From Torpedo marmorata (taxonomy: Eukaryota): a stretch of 64,000 nt of DNA. The notes under the pieces were generated by a model that ran no database searches, was not told the origin of the DNA, and worked only from the letters and a program-made list of their open reading frames with translations. The number at the start of each line of letters is the position of its first letter. Position 1 is the first letter of the stretch. Positions 1 to 12,334 of the stretch are shown here, one piece after another. The DNA is taken from contig OZ360230.1 of the NCBI GenBank assembly GCA_977017645.1, positions 78,368,001-78,432,000 on the forward strand, written 5' to 3'. Position numbers and translations under genes: made by a program.

Positions 1-263
1 GGGAGGAAAGTTTAAGGGAGATGTCAGGGGTAAGTTTTTTTACACAGAGAGTAGTGGGTGCCTGGAATGCATTGCTAGGGGTGGTGGTGGAGGCTGGTAC
101 AATAGGGACATTTAAAAGACTCTTGGACAGGACATGGATGCAAGAAAAATAGAGGGTTATGACTGTGAGGTAGGGAAGGTTTCGATTGTTGAGTTGGTTT
201 ATATAGGTCGGCACAACATCATGGGCCGAAGGGCCTGTACTGTGCTGTAATGTTCTATGTTCT
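1..263 (+). mobile_element. CR1-clade LINE 3' end (continues off left edge)
   Basis: End of ORF2 (FFTQRVVGAWNAL-like), then 3' UTR GGGCCGAAGGGCCTGTACTGTGCTGT and a short tandem tail TGTTCTA-TGTTCTA. Confidence 0.85.
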
Positions 264-1130
264 AAATGTACGTTGTATTGGCAATACATGGCCAACCAAA
301 CTCTTTTTTGAGTAAGAGGCTGCAACTGCAAAATCTTATTGCTTTGAGCCTCAAAGCAATGTGAACAGTAGAAAATGCTGTGCAAGTTTCATTCATACAA
401 AGCCCTAACTCTTTCTTGTTCTGCAATAGTGGAGTGAGTGAAGAGGTCTGGTAGGTCACAATTCGCACACTGAGCATCACAAGCCATCGAAAATGGGCAA
501 AGAAAAGAGGTCCGTGTTCGGTGCATGGGTGGGGTTAGTGGTTGGGATCAGGACCGGTGATCAGGTGTTGCAATTGTTTTATGGTGGGAGTGTGTGGGGT
601 TTGAAAGCCGTGAAGAAGTGAAGGATGAGGGCTGTGATTGGGTTGGGGTATGGCATGAGAGATAAGTGGGTTTATCTGTAGGTGGTTGAAAATTACCAAG
701 CTGAGTCCAGGTCAGGAATTTTCTCCTGGTTTACGATGATGTAGCCCCAGAGTTTCTGGACCAATTTTGTTTTTACCACCTCCCCTACCAAATATACAAT
801 GTGGAACATTTCATTTAGACTTCTGTTCCTTAAAAACTAGATGGAGATTGCTCACAGGTGTGAAACACAGCTCCCTCCACAGACGGATTCAATTTTCTTC
901 TCATCAGCCTGCAATGGAGCCCAGAAATTTCTGCCCATGGACTACAAGCAAGCTAAAAAAAAAGTCAAGCTGAAAGTTTTGCTGCAAGGAAAATATCCCA
1001 TGTGAAATTGGATTTACCAAAAAGAAAATGTGTCTGCTGGAGAAGAAGAAATGAAGGGCAGTTACAGAGTTGTGCTGATCCATTGCTACATGGCATGCCA
1101 TCGCCTGTTTTTGTATTAGACCTGCTGTTT

Positions 1131-2156
1131 CAGAATAAGAATAATAATTTATTGTCATGAACATGTCATGAAATTTGTTGTTTTGCAGCAGCATCACAGT
1201 GAAAATATTTGCATAAACCACATTTCAAAATAAATAAAAGAGTGCAAGAAAAAGAAAAAGTGAGGTAGTGTCTGTGGTTCATTGTTCATTCAGAAATCTG
1301 ATGGCAGAGGGGAAGAAGCTGTCCTTGTACCTCTGAGTGCTCATCTTCAGGCTACTGTACCTTTTTCCCGATGCTAGCAGAGTGAAGAGGACATGGTCTG
1401 GGTGGTAGGGGTCCTTGAGGATAGAGGCTGCTTTCTTAAGACACTACCTCTTGTAGATGTCCTAGATGGTGAAGACTGGTGCCTGTCAGTTAACAGCCCT
1501 CTGGAGTTTTTTCCTGACCTGAGCGTTGCCACCTCCATACCAGACAGTGATACAACCAGACAGAATGCTCTCCACGGTACACCTGTAGGTTTTCAAGAGT
1601 CTTTGGTGACATACCAAATCTCCTCAAACTCCTCACAAAGTATAGCTGCTGGCGAGACTTTTTTGTGATTGCATTGAAATGGAGGCTCCAGGACAGATCC
1701 TCAGAGATGTTGACACCCAGGAATTTGAAGTTCTTGACCCTCTCCACTGTTGACCCCTCGATGAGGACTGGTTCGTGTTCTCCTGATTTCCTTCTGAAGT
1801 TCACAATCATCTCCTTGGTTTTGCTAATGTTGAGTGCAAGGTTGTTGTTGTGACACCACTCAACTAGCTGATCTATCTCCCTCCTGAATGTTTCCTAATT
1901 GCCATCTATGATTCTGCTGACAATCGTGGTGTCATCGGCAAATCTGCCAATAGCATTTGAAATGTGCTTAGCCACATGGTCATGGGTGTAGAGTGAGTAG
2001 AGCAGTGGGCTAAGCACACATCCTTGAGGTGCGCCTGTCTTGATCGTCAGTGAAGAGGAGACATTGTATCCAATTCGTACTGACTGTGGTCTTCCGATGA
2101 GGAAGTCAAGGATCCAGTCGCAGAGGGGGGCGCAGAGGCCAGGGTTTGGAGCTTAT
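1131..2156 (-). mobile_element. Rex1/Babar LINE, 5'-truncated and frameshifted
   Basis: ORF 1490..1810 (MIVNFRRK..VERVKNFKFLGVNISEDLSW) is co-linear with the copy at 2444-4233; 3' end ATGACAATAA plus (ATTCTG)-like tail; boundaries approximate. Confidence 0.9.
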
Positions 2157-2443
2157 TTGAAGAGTCAATAGCCTTGAAAACCCAAGGCGTAAGGAGCTAC
2201 TGATTAAAGTTTATACTAACTAATACCCTTCTCCATATCCCACATCAGTATTAGGTATGCAATGGAAAACAGGTAAGACTGAGGGCATGTCCAGAAACGG
2301 GGTTTTGCATGCAATTTGGCTGGTGATGAGAGAGCCAGGGATTAAGTCAAAGTGATGGTTGGCTGAGTGCAATTGCCACTTGGAAGGGACAGGAGGTACG
2401 CTTGATTATAAACCTGTAATATATATTTTGTCGGGATTGGAGT

Positions 2444-4233
2444 TAATCAGAATCAGAATCTATTGTCATGAACAAGTCATGAAATTCGGTGTTTTGCGGC
2501 AGCATCATAGTGCAATTAACATTCATATTAACCATCTTACGACATTACTATAAAAAATTATAAACAATAGTGCACGAAAAGTAAGGCAGTGTCTTTGGTT
2601 CATTGATTATTCAGGAATCTGATGGCAGCGGGGAAGAAGCTGTCCTTGTGCCATTGAGTGCTCGTCTTTAGGCTCCTGTACCTTTTTCCTGATGGAAGCA
2701 GAGTGAAGAGGGCATGGCCTGGGTGGTGGGGGTCTTTGAGGATAGAGGCTGCTTTTTTAAGACACCGCCTCATGTAGATGTCCTCGATGGAGTGAAGTTT
2801 GGTGCCTGTGATGTCACAGGCCGAGTTAACAACCCTCTGGAGTTTACTCTTGTCCTGGGAGTTGGCGCCTCCATACCAGGCAGTGATGCAAACAGCCAGA
2901 ATGCTCCCCATGGTACACCTGTAGACGTTTACGAGAGTCTTCGGTGACATACCGAATCTCTGCAGACACCTCACAAAGTATAGCTGCTGACGAGCCTTCT
3001 TTATGATTGCATCAACGTGGATGCTCCAGGACAGATCCTTGGAGATGGTGACACCCAGGAATTTGAAGTTCTTGACCCTCTCCACTACTGAGTCCTCGAT
3101 GAGGACTGGGTCATGTTCCCCTGACTTCCTCCTGAAGTCCACAATCATCTCCTTGGTTTTGCTGACGTTGAGCTCAAGGTTGTTGCCATTACACCATTCA
3201 ACGAGCTGATCTATCTCCCTCCTGTACGCTTCCTCATTGCCGTTTGTGATTCTGCCGACAACTGTGGTGTCATCGGCAAACTTGTAGATGGCATTGGAAT
3301 TGTGCCTGGCCACACAGTCATGGGTGTATAACGAGTAGAGCAGCAGTCTAAGCACGCATCCTTGGGGTGCGCCGATGTTGATAATCAGTGAGGAGGAGAC
3401 GTTGTTTCCAATTCGTACTGACTGTGGTCTTCCGATGAGAAAGTCAAGGATCCAGTTGCAGAGGGGGCTACAGAGGCCTAGAGTTTGTAGCTTCTTGACC
3501 AGCACTGAGGGAATAATGGTATTGAAGGCCGAGCTGTAGTCTATGAAAAGCAGCCGTATGTATGAATTGCTGTTTTCGATGTGATCCAGAGCTGAGTGGA
3601 GCGCCAGCGATATTGCATCTGCTGTGGAGCGATTGTGACGATAGGCGAATTGCAGTGGGTCCAGATCTTTGCTTAGGTATGTGTTAATTCTGGCCATGGC
3701 CAGCCTCTCAAAGCATTTCATCACAGTAGAAGTTAGTGCTACTGGGCAGTAGTTGTTGAGGCAGCCCACACTACTCTTCTTGGGTACCGGGATGATTGAT
3801 GCCCTTTTGAAGCAGATGGGAACCTCTGACTGCCGCAATGAGAGGTTGAAAATGTCCGTGAACACTCCGGCTAGTTGGTTGGCGCATATTTTCAGTACCC
3901 TGCCAGGTACGCCGTCAGGGCCTGACGCCTTGCGAGGGTTCATCCTCTTGAATGATGTTCTGATGTCGCCCTCAGAAACAGATATCACAGGGTCCTCAGC
4001 CTTTTCAGGAATTCTAGTAGGCACTGTTTTGTTCTTCTTCTCAAAGCGGGCATAGAAGGGGTTCAGCTCATCAGGTAGTGAAGCATCACAGCCGACTATA
4101 GTGTTCGCCCTCGTTTTGTAAGCTGTAATGGCCTGCACTCCCTGCCATAGCTGGCGTGTATCTGTCTCTGTCTCTAGCTTCCTCCGGAATTGCCACTTTG
4201 CTTCAGAGATGGCCTTCCGCAGGTCGTGCCTGG
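2444..4233 (-). mobile_element. Rex1/Babar LINE, 5'-truncated (no endonuclease domain)
   Basis: Contains the 512-aa RT ORF; 3' UTR ends ATGACAATAG-ATTCTGATTCTGATT. Confidence 0.93.
2600..4138 (-). CDS. Non-LTR reverse transcriptase (Rex1/Babar ORF; 5'-truncated, so the start is not a true initiation codon)
   Basis: [44 protein letters not shown], catalytic KFADD, FKFLG and C-terminal SFFPAAIRFLN motifs. Confidence 0.9.
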   Translation of the reverse strand: MQAITAYKTRANTIVGCDASLPDELNPFYARFEKKNKTVPTRIPEKAEDPVISVSEGDIRTSFKRMNPRKASGPDGVPGRVLKICANQLAGVFTDIFNLSLRQSEVPICFKRASIIPVPKKSSVGCLNNYCPVALTSTVMKCFERLAMARINTYLSKDLDPLQFAYRHNRSTADAISLALHSALDHIENSNSYIRLLFIDYSSAFNTIIPSVLVKKLQTLGLCSPLCNWILDFLIGRPQSVRIGNNVSSSLIINIGAPQGCVLRLLLYSLYTHDCVARHNSNAIYKFADDTTVVGRITNGNEEAYRREIDQLVEWCNGNNLELNVSKTKEMIVDFRRKSGEHDPVLIEDSVVERVKNFKFLGVTISKDLSWSIHVDAIIKKARQQLYFVRCLQRFGMSPKTLVNVYRCTMGSILAVCITAWYGGANSQDKSKLQRVVNSACDITGTKLHSIEDIYMRRCLKKAASILKDPHHPGHALFTLLPSGKRYRSLKTSTQWHKDSFFPAAIRFLNNQ

Positions 4234-4636
4234 TTCATAATCATTGAATTGATGGAGTTGAGAGCAATTAATGATTTCACTTCATCTTGCTAGTTTAGTT
4301 GGGAAATGGGGTGCAAATGCCTTGGGTTGCAATGGGTTAGGGTGTGTCAGAAGGAGCAGAGATAAGAGAAGCTGAGTCAAGACCTCAGCATTGGTTTGTG
4401 ACCTCCTCAGGAGCAGCACTACTACAACCTGTTCAGATTGAAAGTGCTCAAAAACAGGCACGCTTCAGAACCACGATTACCGATTCATCCTGGCAATGTT
4501 TTAAGGTACTCCCTATCACAATGCCATTGTTGATTCCAAAGTGGAATGTACAACATCAGAACAAGCAGAACAAGACTAAAAGTGACCAGTGGAATTTCTG
4601 GAGTGATGCGATTCATCCAGGAAAACATTGCAATTG

Positions 4637-4889
4637 TTTTTTATTTTAGACATACAGCACGGTTAAAGGACCTTTCGGCCCACGAGCCCCTGATGCCCAA
4701 TTACACCCAATTCACCTACTCCCCGGTAAGTTTTGAAGGGTGGGAGGAAACCAGAGCACCTGGAGGAAACCCACGCAGACACGGAGAGTACGTACAAACT
4801 CCTTACAGACAGCGCGGGATTTGAATCCTGGTCCCGATTGCTGGCGCTATAACAGTGTTGCGCTAATCGCTATGCTAACCGTGCCACCC
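4637..4889 (-). mobile_element. tRNA-derived V-SINE (HE1-like)
   Basis: On minus strand: tRNA-like head with A/B boxes, V-domain (GGAGTTTGTACGT..CTCCGTGTCTGCGTGGGTTTCCTCC..GTTTCCTCCCAC), CR1-like tail; homologous to 6493-6744 and 23546-23783. Confidence 0.88.
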
Positions 4890-6492
4890 TTCTGTTCTCC
4901 CACTGAAGAAAAGTTTGCCATTCCCTTAGTGCCAAAAATCATAGAAAAAAAAACATTTCTGGGCCTGCAGTTGTGTTCTCTTTAATCATATGTGACAAGG
5001 GATTCTATTTCAGTGATGGGGCAGGAGCTTAAATGCCATTTAAGGATGACATTCAAAATAAAAGCCATCTGTTGGTGTTAAATTTTTACCATACGGAGGT
5101 GCTACCATCTCACCAACTTCCAAGTAATCATGTGAGAAATTGGTCTTTGATTGCTGATGCTTAACAATAGCAAAAAGTGGTTGCTGATTGTACAGACCTC
5201 TTTGGTTTCATTGCTGAAAGCACATTGCCCCTCTGACAAATTCCATGGCAACTAGAATATTTTCTATGCTCTTCTTGATTTTGTTCCTTGAATGTAGTGT
5301 GAAAGGATATGGAGATTTCCCAGTAGATTTTTTTTAAGGTTTCAGGTAGTTGATTTAAATATAAAATTCATAGCAGCCAACATCATTCAATTATTAATTA
5401 AGCTTTCCTGGATATTTTTAGATACTTTTCAGGCATCAAGATGTAAATGTTGAACATTGTGGTTTTAAAGGATTAGCTGTGTTGGTTTAAGAAATTACTC
5501 CATTCATTTTCAAAAAGCTCTAATTTAACTTCATCTGTGAGGACTGATTGAACTCAATTGCCTGGAAGGGCTTTACAGTGCTAAAACAGAACAAAGCACA
5601 GTACCTCTGGGATTTACTGAAATATTTTTTGTTGCTTTGTTTAACACAGAAGTTAAGGCACATTCTTCAGCTGGCAAGTTGAGTGGCAGATGATTAAAAT
5701 AGTTTTAGTGCAGACTTGTATTCTATTCATAAGCAGCATTCCCAATTCGCCCAAATGAGAAGGGTTTTATTGAGAGTCTAAATTAGTGTTTATATTTAAC
5801 AAGTATCATGTACTTGGGATTTGATTCAATGCATGAAGCAGCAAAATAATATGATTCAGAAAAAGATGGAAACAATTTAAAAAGTGACCAATCACATAGA
5901 TATGGCCAGTTTACAACAAATTTAGAATTTACAGAATGCTTATACAGAAGAATGCTTATGAGTCCATTCAATCCACCAGGTTTCTGTTGGTTGCTCTCGC
6001 CAGTAAACATTTTCTAACTCCACTTGTGTGTATACATTTGGTTAACATTCATCTTTTTCAAGCAAACTGTGAAATTAGAGTCAAAAGTTGGGAACAATTT
6101 ACTTCAGCAGAGGTTATACTGAGGAGAGAGGAAGGTAACACTTTATATCAATGACCTTTCACCAGTGCTTTTGTCTCTCGATAAATGCTACTTGACCTAT
6201 TTGCATTGTCATCTTTCAGAGTTTTGCATCATCTTAATTTTGATGTGGCCTTTAATTTGTGACCACATTAGTCTCTTGTCAAGCAATGGAGCCAATCTAC
6301 CATGATTTACTTCACTAAATCTTTTATAATCATTATATAATTATACAACTGCTATATAATCTTTTTATGAAAATAATTGAATTTAGGAATAAATTTGATT
6401 TATAAAATTATATAACACATTGGTAAGATCAAGACTGGAGTATTATGTACAGTTTATGTTTTTTACCTAAAACAATTTGATTAAGTAAACTA

Positions 6493-6744
6493 TTTTTTTT
6501 TAGACATACAGCACGGTAACAGGCCATTTCGGCCCACGTGTCCGTGCCGCCCAATTTACACCCAATTAACCTACACCCCTAGTAAGTTTCGAACGGTGGG
6601 AGGAAACCGGAGCCCCCGGGGAAAACCCACCAGACACGGGGAGAACGTACAAACTCCTTACAGACAGTGCGGGATTCGAACCCCGGTCCCAATCACTGGC
6701 GCTGTAAAGGCGTTGTGCTAACCGCTACCCCAACAGTGCCGCCC
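6493..6744 (-). mobile_element. tRNA-derived V-SINE (HE1-like)
   Basis: B box GGTTCGAATCC on minus strand, V-domain, tail GGGCCGAAATGGCCTGTTACCGTGCTGTATGTCT followed by an A-run. Confidence 0.9.
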
Positions 6745-6879
6745 AAAAAAATACTAAACCTGTATCCTCTCACGTTTGCAAGAATGAATGGAGATTTGTT
6801 TAAACTTTACAAAATTCTTATTGGATTTGACAGGCTTGAAGCAGGGAAGATGCTTCCCCTGGATGAAGAGTTTAGAATC

Positions 6880-8540
6880 ATAGAACTTACTATACTCTTA
6901 GGCTCAACTCTTCCTTGCTGACAAAGTTTCCTCATCCAATTTGCCTGCATTTGTCCAATATTGCACTGAACCTTTCCTATCAATGTACTTGTCTAAATGA
7001 CTCTTAAATGTTGAAATTTTACCCACTTCTATCACTTCCTCTTGCAGCTTGTTCCAATATCCGCCACCCGCTGTGTGAAAAAGTTGCCCCTCAGGTCCCC
7101 TTAAATATTTTCCCTCTCACTTTAAACCTATGCCGTCTAGTTTTAGACTCCCCTATTCTTGGAATAAGACCATTACAATTCACCTTATCCATACCCTTCA
7201 CGGATTTGATATACTTTCAAAAGATCACCCCTCAGCTTCCTGCACTCCAGCGAAAAAACAAAAGATCCAGCCTATCTGGTATTTGCTTATAGCCCATGCC
7301 CCCCAGATCCAGTAAAATCCTTGTGAATATTTTTATGCATCCTTTCCACCTTAATAACCTTCTTATTGCTAGGTGTCCAAAACTGCACAATATACTCCAA
7401 CTGTGATCTCACCAGGGTGTTGTACAGTTGTAACATGTCCCAGCTCTTGCAGACAATGTCCTGACTGATGAAGGCAAGCGTCCCAGATGCCTTCTTATTC
7501 ATATCCACCCAAGTCACCATTTTCAGGGAACAATGTACTGGTACTTGTAACTTGAGGTTTCTCGGTTCAAAAACACTTTACAGAGGCCAGACATTTAGTA
7601 TATGTCCTGTCCTGGTTTAACTTACCAACAATGCACACCTCACACTTGTAGGAGTAAAACTCCATCTGGCAGTCCTTGGCTTACTTTCCCAGTTGATCTA
7701 AATCAGTGGTTTTCAAACTGCCCCCCTAAACTCACATTCCACCATAAGCAATCCCTATGCCATAAGTGCTCTGTGATTAGTAAGGGATTGCTTAAGGTGG
7801 TATGTGAGTGAGAAGGGAAGGTTGAGAACCACTGCTCTAGACCCAATTGTTACTGAAATATTTGGCTTGAGAAAAATTGTCATTGGCCCATTTCCTTTGG
7901 AGTTATGAAACCGTGCACATAACGAGTCAATTTGATACGATTAAAACAGTGGTTTTCAAACCTTTTTCTTTCCACTCACATACCACCTTAAACAATCCCT
8001 TACTAATCACAGAGCACTTATGGCATAGGGAGTGCTTAAGGTGGAATGTGAGTTTAGGGGGGCAGTTTGAAAACCACTGATCTAGATCCTGTTGTAATCT
8101 TGGGTAACCTTCTTCACTGTCCATTATATGACCAATTTTGGTCTCAACCACAGACTTACCAATAATGACAATTGAATTATCATCTAAATTTTTAATAGAG
8201 ATGATGAACAATAATGAACCTAACACTGACCCCTGAGGCATACTACTGGTCACAGGCCTCCAATCTGAAAATCAGACTTCCTCTACCACCCTCTGACTCC
8301 TAACCCGATGCCAATTTTGTATTCAATTGGCTATCTTACCCTGAATCCTTCTGGACCAGCCTACAACGTGGGTCCTTGGACCTTGTCAAAGCCCCACATA
8401 GACAATGTCTTCCTCCCTGACCTGGCCAATACTCTGTTTACCTCTTCAAAAAACTCATTCAAGTTCTTAAGACAATTCTCCATGCATAAAGCCATGGTAA
8501 CTATTCCTAATCAGTCATTGCCTTTCCAAATGCAAATAGG
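6880..8540 (-). mobile_element. Decayed CR1 LINE (RT to 3' end) interrupted by a MITE at 7704-8079
   Basis: Fragments MPQGSVLGSLLFII (ORF 7927..8253) and LQLYNTLVRSQLEYIVQFW (7287..7520); boundaries approximate. Confidence 0.8.
7704..8079. mobile_element. Composite hAT-Charlie-type MITE (two inverted ~130-bp units around a 112-bp spacer)
   Basis: Outer TIR CAGTGGTTTTCAAACTGCCCC..; 8-bp TSD ATCTAAAT/ATCTAGAT; units at 7704-7834 and 7947-8079. Confidence 0.9.
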
Positions 8541-9191
8541 CAGTGAAGTTTCTTCACATTTGGGATGGTGAGTCTTTAGAATTCTCTTCGCTGGAAGATC
8601 ATGGATGCTCAGTCATTGAATTCATTCAGTCTATTAGGATATTATGGGAATAAAGGGCTATGTGATAGTAGAAAAATGGCATGGGAGTAGGAGATCAGCC
8701 ATGATCTTGATGACAGGAGGATGAGATCTGAAGAGTCAAATTCCATAAATTCAGATGTTCTTAAGTTTTCGATCAGCCCTCGACCTTTGTATTTTGTGTG
8801 AAGATAGCTCTCAAGTTTTTCTTCACAATGGCAACCCTCTCCCTCTGACAACAAAATAATAAACACATAATATTTGGCACTATGTTTTCATATCCTTGCT
8901 GCAATGGGGTGTCCAAAATTGTGCATACTATTCCATTTGTCCACTGAGCTACTGTAGGGAAACTCAGTGGATAAAATATAAAATGCAGTTTTACTTCTGT
9001 AAACAACATAGAGAATGGAAGCATGTCTGAGAAAGGGAACGTTGACGAGAGCAGTAGGATGACGAGGATTAGATGGATTGATTGCCATTACTGGGAGGAT
9101 TGCGCAAATACTTCATGCAAAGGCAAACATTGGATTTCATAAGAACTGTGCAGAATTGTATTAACAGGTCTCAGAGAGGTTAAAAGCATAC

Positions 9192-9591
9192 ATTCTCACT
9201 GTATATTGAAAACTATTTCTTTCCTGTTTAGTATCATTTCAAAACTTGTTACTTGAAAATTGCATTCTCTCTCTATTATGTAAAAAAATAATGGCATAAA
9301 AATTAGGTGCTGAAATTGGGGCACAATTTATGCCTGTGGTTCAGCCCTTTTAAACTCTATTTCTTTCTTCAAAGATGCTATCTGACCTGCTGAGTGTCTC
9401 CAGCATTTTTTTTTCTTTTTGTTTCCTTTGATTGGCTCTTTTTTCAGTTAAAAAATCTGCAATCAATTTAACAGTATTCAGCCATTAGCCTGACAAAATA
9501 TTCTCACAATGATGTACATTGAAAACTATTTCCATCCTGTTTACTATCATTTCAAAATATGTTACCTGAAAATTGTGTTCTGGCTCTATTA
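9192..9591 (+). repeat. Diverged ~90-bp direct repeat (9192-9278 and 9500-9591)
   Basis: Both copies read ATTCTCAC..TTGAAAACTATTTC..TCCTGTTTA.TATCATTTCAAAA..TGTTAC.TGAAAATTG..TTCT..CTCTATTA. Confidence 0.8.
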
Positions 9592-11560
9592 CATGGTGAA
9601 TTAAAGTGTCAGGCAACAAGAACCTCAAGCTCACTCCTGTGGACTAAGTACAGGTGCTCCCCAAAATATGATGGAGTTTTGTACAAAAAAATCTCAACAA
9701 TGGTGCTAAATTTATTTGGTTTTAATTAGTCTGAACCCTTGTCCAATGGCTTATTTTCAAATCTAAGTTGGAAATAATTTTTAACGAATTCACCTTTGAA
9801 CATAATGTCAACTGATTGTAATTCTTATTTTGGAAAAGAATATTCATTAGAAGGTTCTAACTGTGACCAGTGGCCAAAATTAAATTTTAGCAGCCAGAAT
9901 TGTTTGATCCTGATGAAACAGATCTGGTAAAACTTTTGGCCAGAACCTGTATGAGACGATGAGAATGAAGAGGTATAATTTGGACCTGAACTATTAACTA
10001 CTTCTGAATACACAGATGCTCCCTGACCCACTAAGATTCTATAGCATTTTACATATTTATTCATGGATTAGACTCAGGGTATATTGGCAGAAAGAAAAAA
10101 TACTCTGAAATACTTAAAGTAACAGTTGGATGACTTGCCTGAGAAACAGTTTGTCTGGATATGGGAGTTAAGGTGGGCCAAATGACCTTGCACTTATCTT
10201 ATGACTGTCTCTTGCAGGCGACTCTGAAGTTTGGCTATCATGCCTGTTGTCCTTGGGAGGATTTTCTGATACATTGCAATGCTGGCCGATTTTAGCAGTG
10301 GGCTTTAAGAAAATGGGTATAATTTTGGATCCAGATGCAGAGTTTCTTATGCATTTCAATGGCATCTTTTGCAATCCTCCGAACATTTAATACATTCAAT
10401 TATGGAAACATTTTGTGATATTCTCCTGTAGTTTTCAGGATAGGTTATGGTACATTTCCTTGTGAAAATTGATCCTTACTATCAACTGAGTTTCAGAGAA
10501 AAATGCTTGTGCCACTTTCACCCATAACTATGAAGGAACAATGACTTGCATGGATCCTTAATTTCTGGAAAACAGTGAGATTGCACTGTCAATTAATTGC
10601 TACAGATTAAAAGTGTGCAGGAATAATTTTTTAAAAGGTATAATAAAAGTACGTGATAGCTGTGTAAAACTGTCCAATCATCTAAAACTAGCCTTGTTAG
10701 TATTTCAGACCTTTGGAAAATCAAGCAAATCTCTACAAGGCCACCATCCATCATAAACCATAACATTTGCACATTGTAATTATATTTACATGTTTAAATA
10801 TGGTTGTTAATGATTAGCAAATGCAAAACACTTGTATATCCCAACATTTTACCACTATTTGATTATACAATCCAATTAAATCTTCTTCAAAACCAGCTGT
10901 AATTATCACAAATATTGAGATGTATTAAAAAAAACACAGTAAACCTTATCTTGGTAGATTTCCTCCTCCGCATAGCTTATTAGGAGATGTTGCTTGGAAT
11001 TTTGCAGAGTTCGCGAACATTGATATCACTGGCAGTTCAAGACAATTTAATTAATTCCAACAGAAATTGTGCTGAGCTCAGCAATCTCCTGCTATAAATC
11101 ATAAAATGTAGCTTACTCTGTATAAAAAAACTGTGCTTCTCACAGTGTACTAAAAAGCATTTAGAGTCAAAATTCGACAGCACAGAAACAAGGCCCTTTG
11201 GCCCAACTTGTCCACACCAACCAAACTGAACTCATTTGTCTGCATTCAGCCCATATACCACTAAATGTTTCCTATTCATGTCTAAATGCCTTTTGAATGG
11301 AACAATCGTCCCATTTCTACCACTTCTTCTGGTAGTTCATTCCACATACCCACCATCCTCTGTGTGAAGATAGACACTCAGGTCCCTTTCACATCTTTCC
11401 CTTCTCACTTTAAATCTATGCTCTCTCGTTTTAGATTCACCTATTCTGGGGAAAAGCCTGTGACTATTTACCTTATCCATGCCTGTCATGATTTAATCAA
11501 GCTCATTAGCTTCCTATGCTCCAGGAAGAAATGTCCAGCCTATCCATCCTCTCCCTAATA

Positions 11561-11778
11561 CAGGGGTGGCCAAAACTTGCTTCAAGTAAGAATCACATAC
11601 GATAAACTTCAGATGTTTAAGCACCACAAGATAGCTTATCGCAAGCCATACCCACTAAAACTACCATTGTGAGCACCGGCTCTTACGATTCCTGTCTCAG
11701 CCAACATATTTCCCCGAGCCGCACATTATATGTCAAAGGGCTGTGTGTGGCTCGCCAGCAGCGGTTTAGCCACCCCTG
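11561..11778. mobile_element. hAT MITE (218 bp)
   Basis: TIR CAGGGGTGGCCAAA / TTTAGCCACCCCTG; perfect 8-bp TSD CCCTAATA (11553-11560, 11779-11786). Confidence 0.92.
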
Positions 11779-11967
11779 CCCTAATACAATCCCACCAGTC
11801 CAGGCATCATTCTGATGAAGCTTTTTTTGCACTCTTTCCGCCATGAAAATATCATTCCCATTGTGACCAAAACTGTGCACAATACTCCAGTGTAGCCTCA
11901 CCAATGTCCTGTACAGTTGCAAAATGACTTCCTGCTTCTGTATTCAAGTTTCTGACCAATGAAGGCA

Positions 11968-12334
11968 ATGAATACTGAAAGACCTGGATAGAGAGTAGAT
12001 GTGGAGAGGATGTTTCCTATGGTGGGGGAGTCTGGGACCAGAAGGCACAGCCTCAGAATACAAAAACATCCCTTTAGGACAGAGATGAGGAGGAATTTCT
12101 TTTCACAGAGGTGGAATCTATGGGATTGTTGTGACAGCTGTGGAAGCCAAATCATTGGGTATTTTTAAGAAAGAGGTAGACAGGTTCTTGAATAGGAAGG
12201 GAATCAAGGGTTACGGGAAGAAGGCAGGAGAATGGGGTTGAAAAGGATAGTAAATCAGCCATGATGGAATGGCAGGGTGGATGTGATGGGCCGAATGGCC
12301 TAATTCCGCTCCTTTGTCTAATGGTCTTATGGTC
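11968..12334 (+). mobile_element. CR1 LINE 3' end nested in an opposite-strand CR1
   Basis: LDRVDVERMFP..TRRHSLRI..NFFSQR motif; tail GGGCCGAATGGCCTAATTC..ATGGTCTTATGGTC. Confidence 0.85.
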
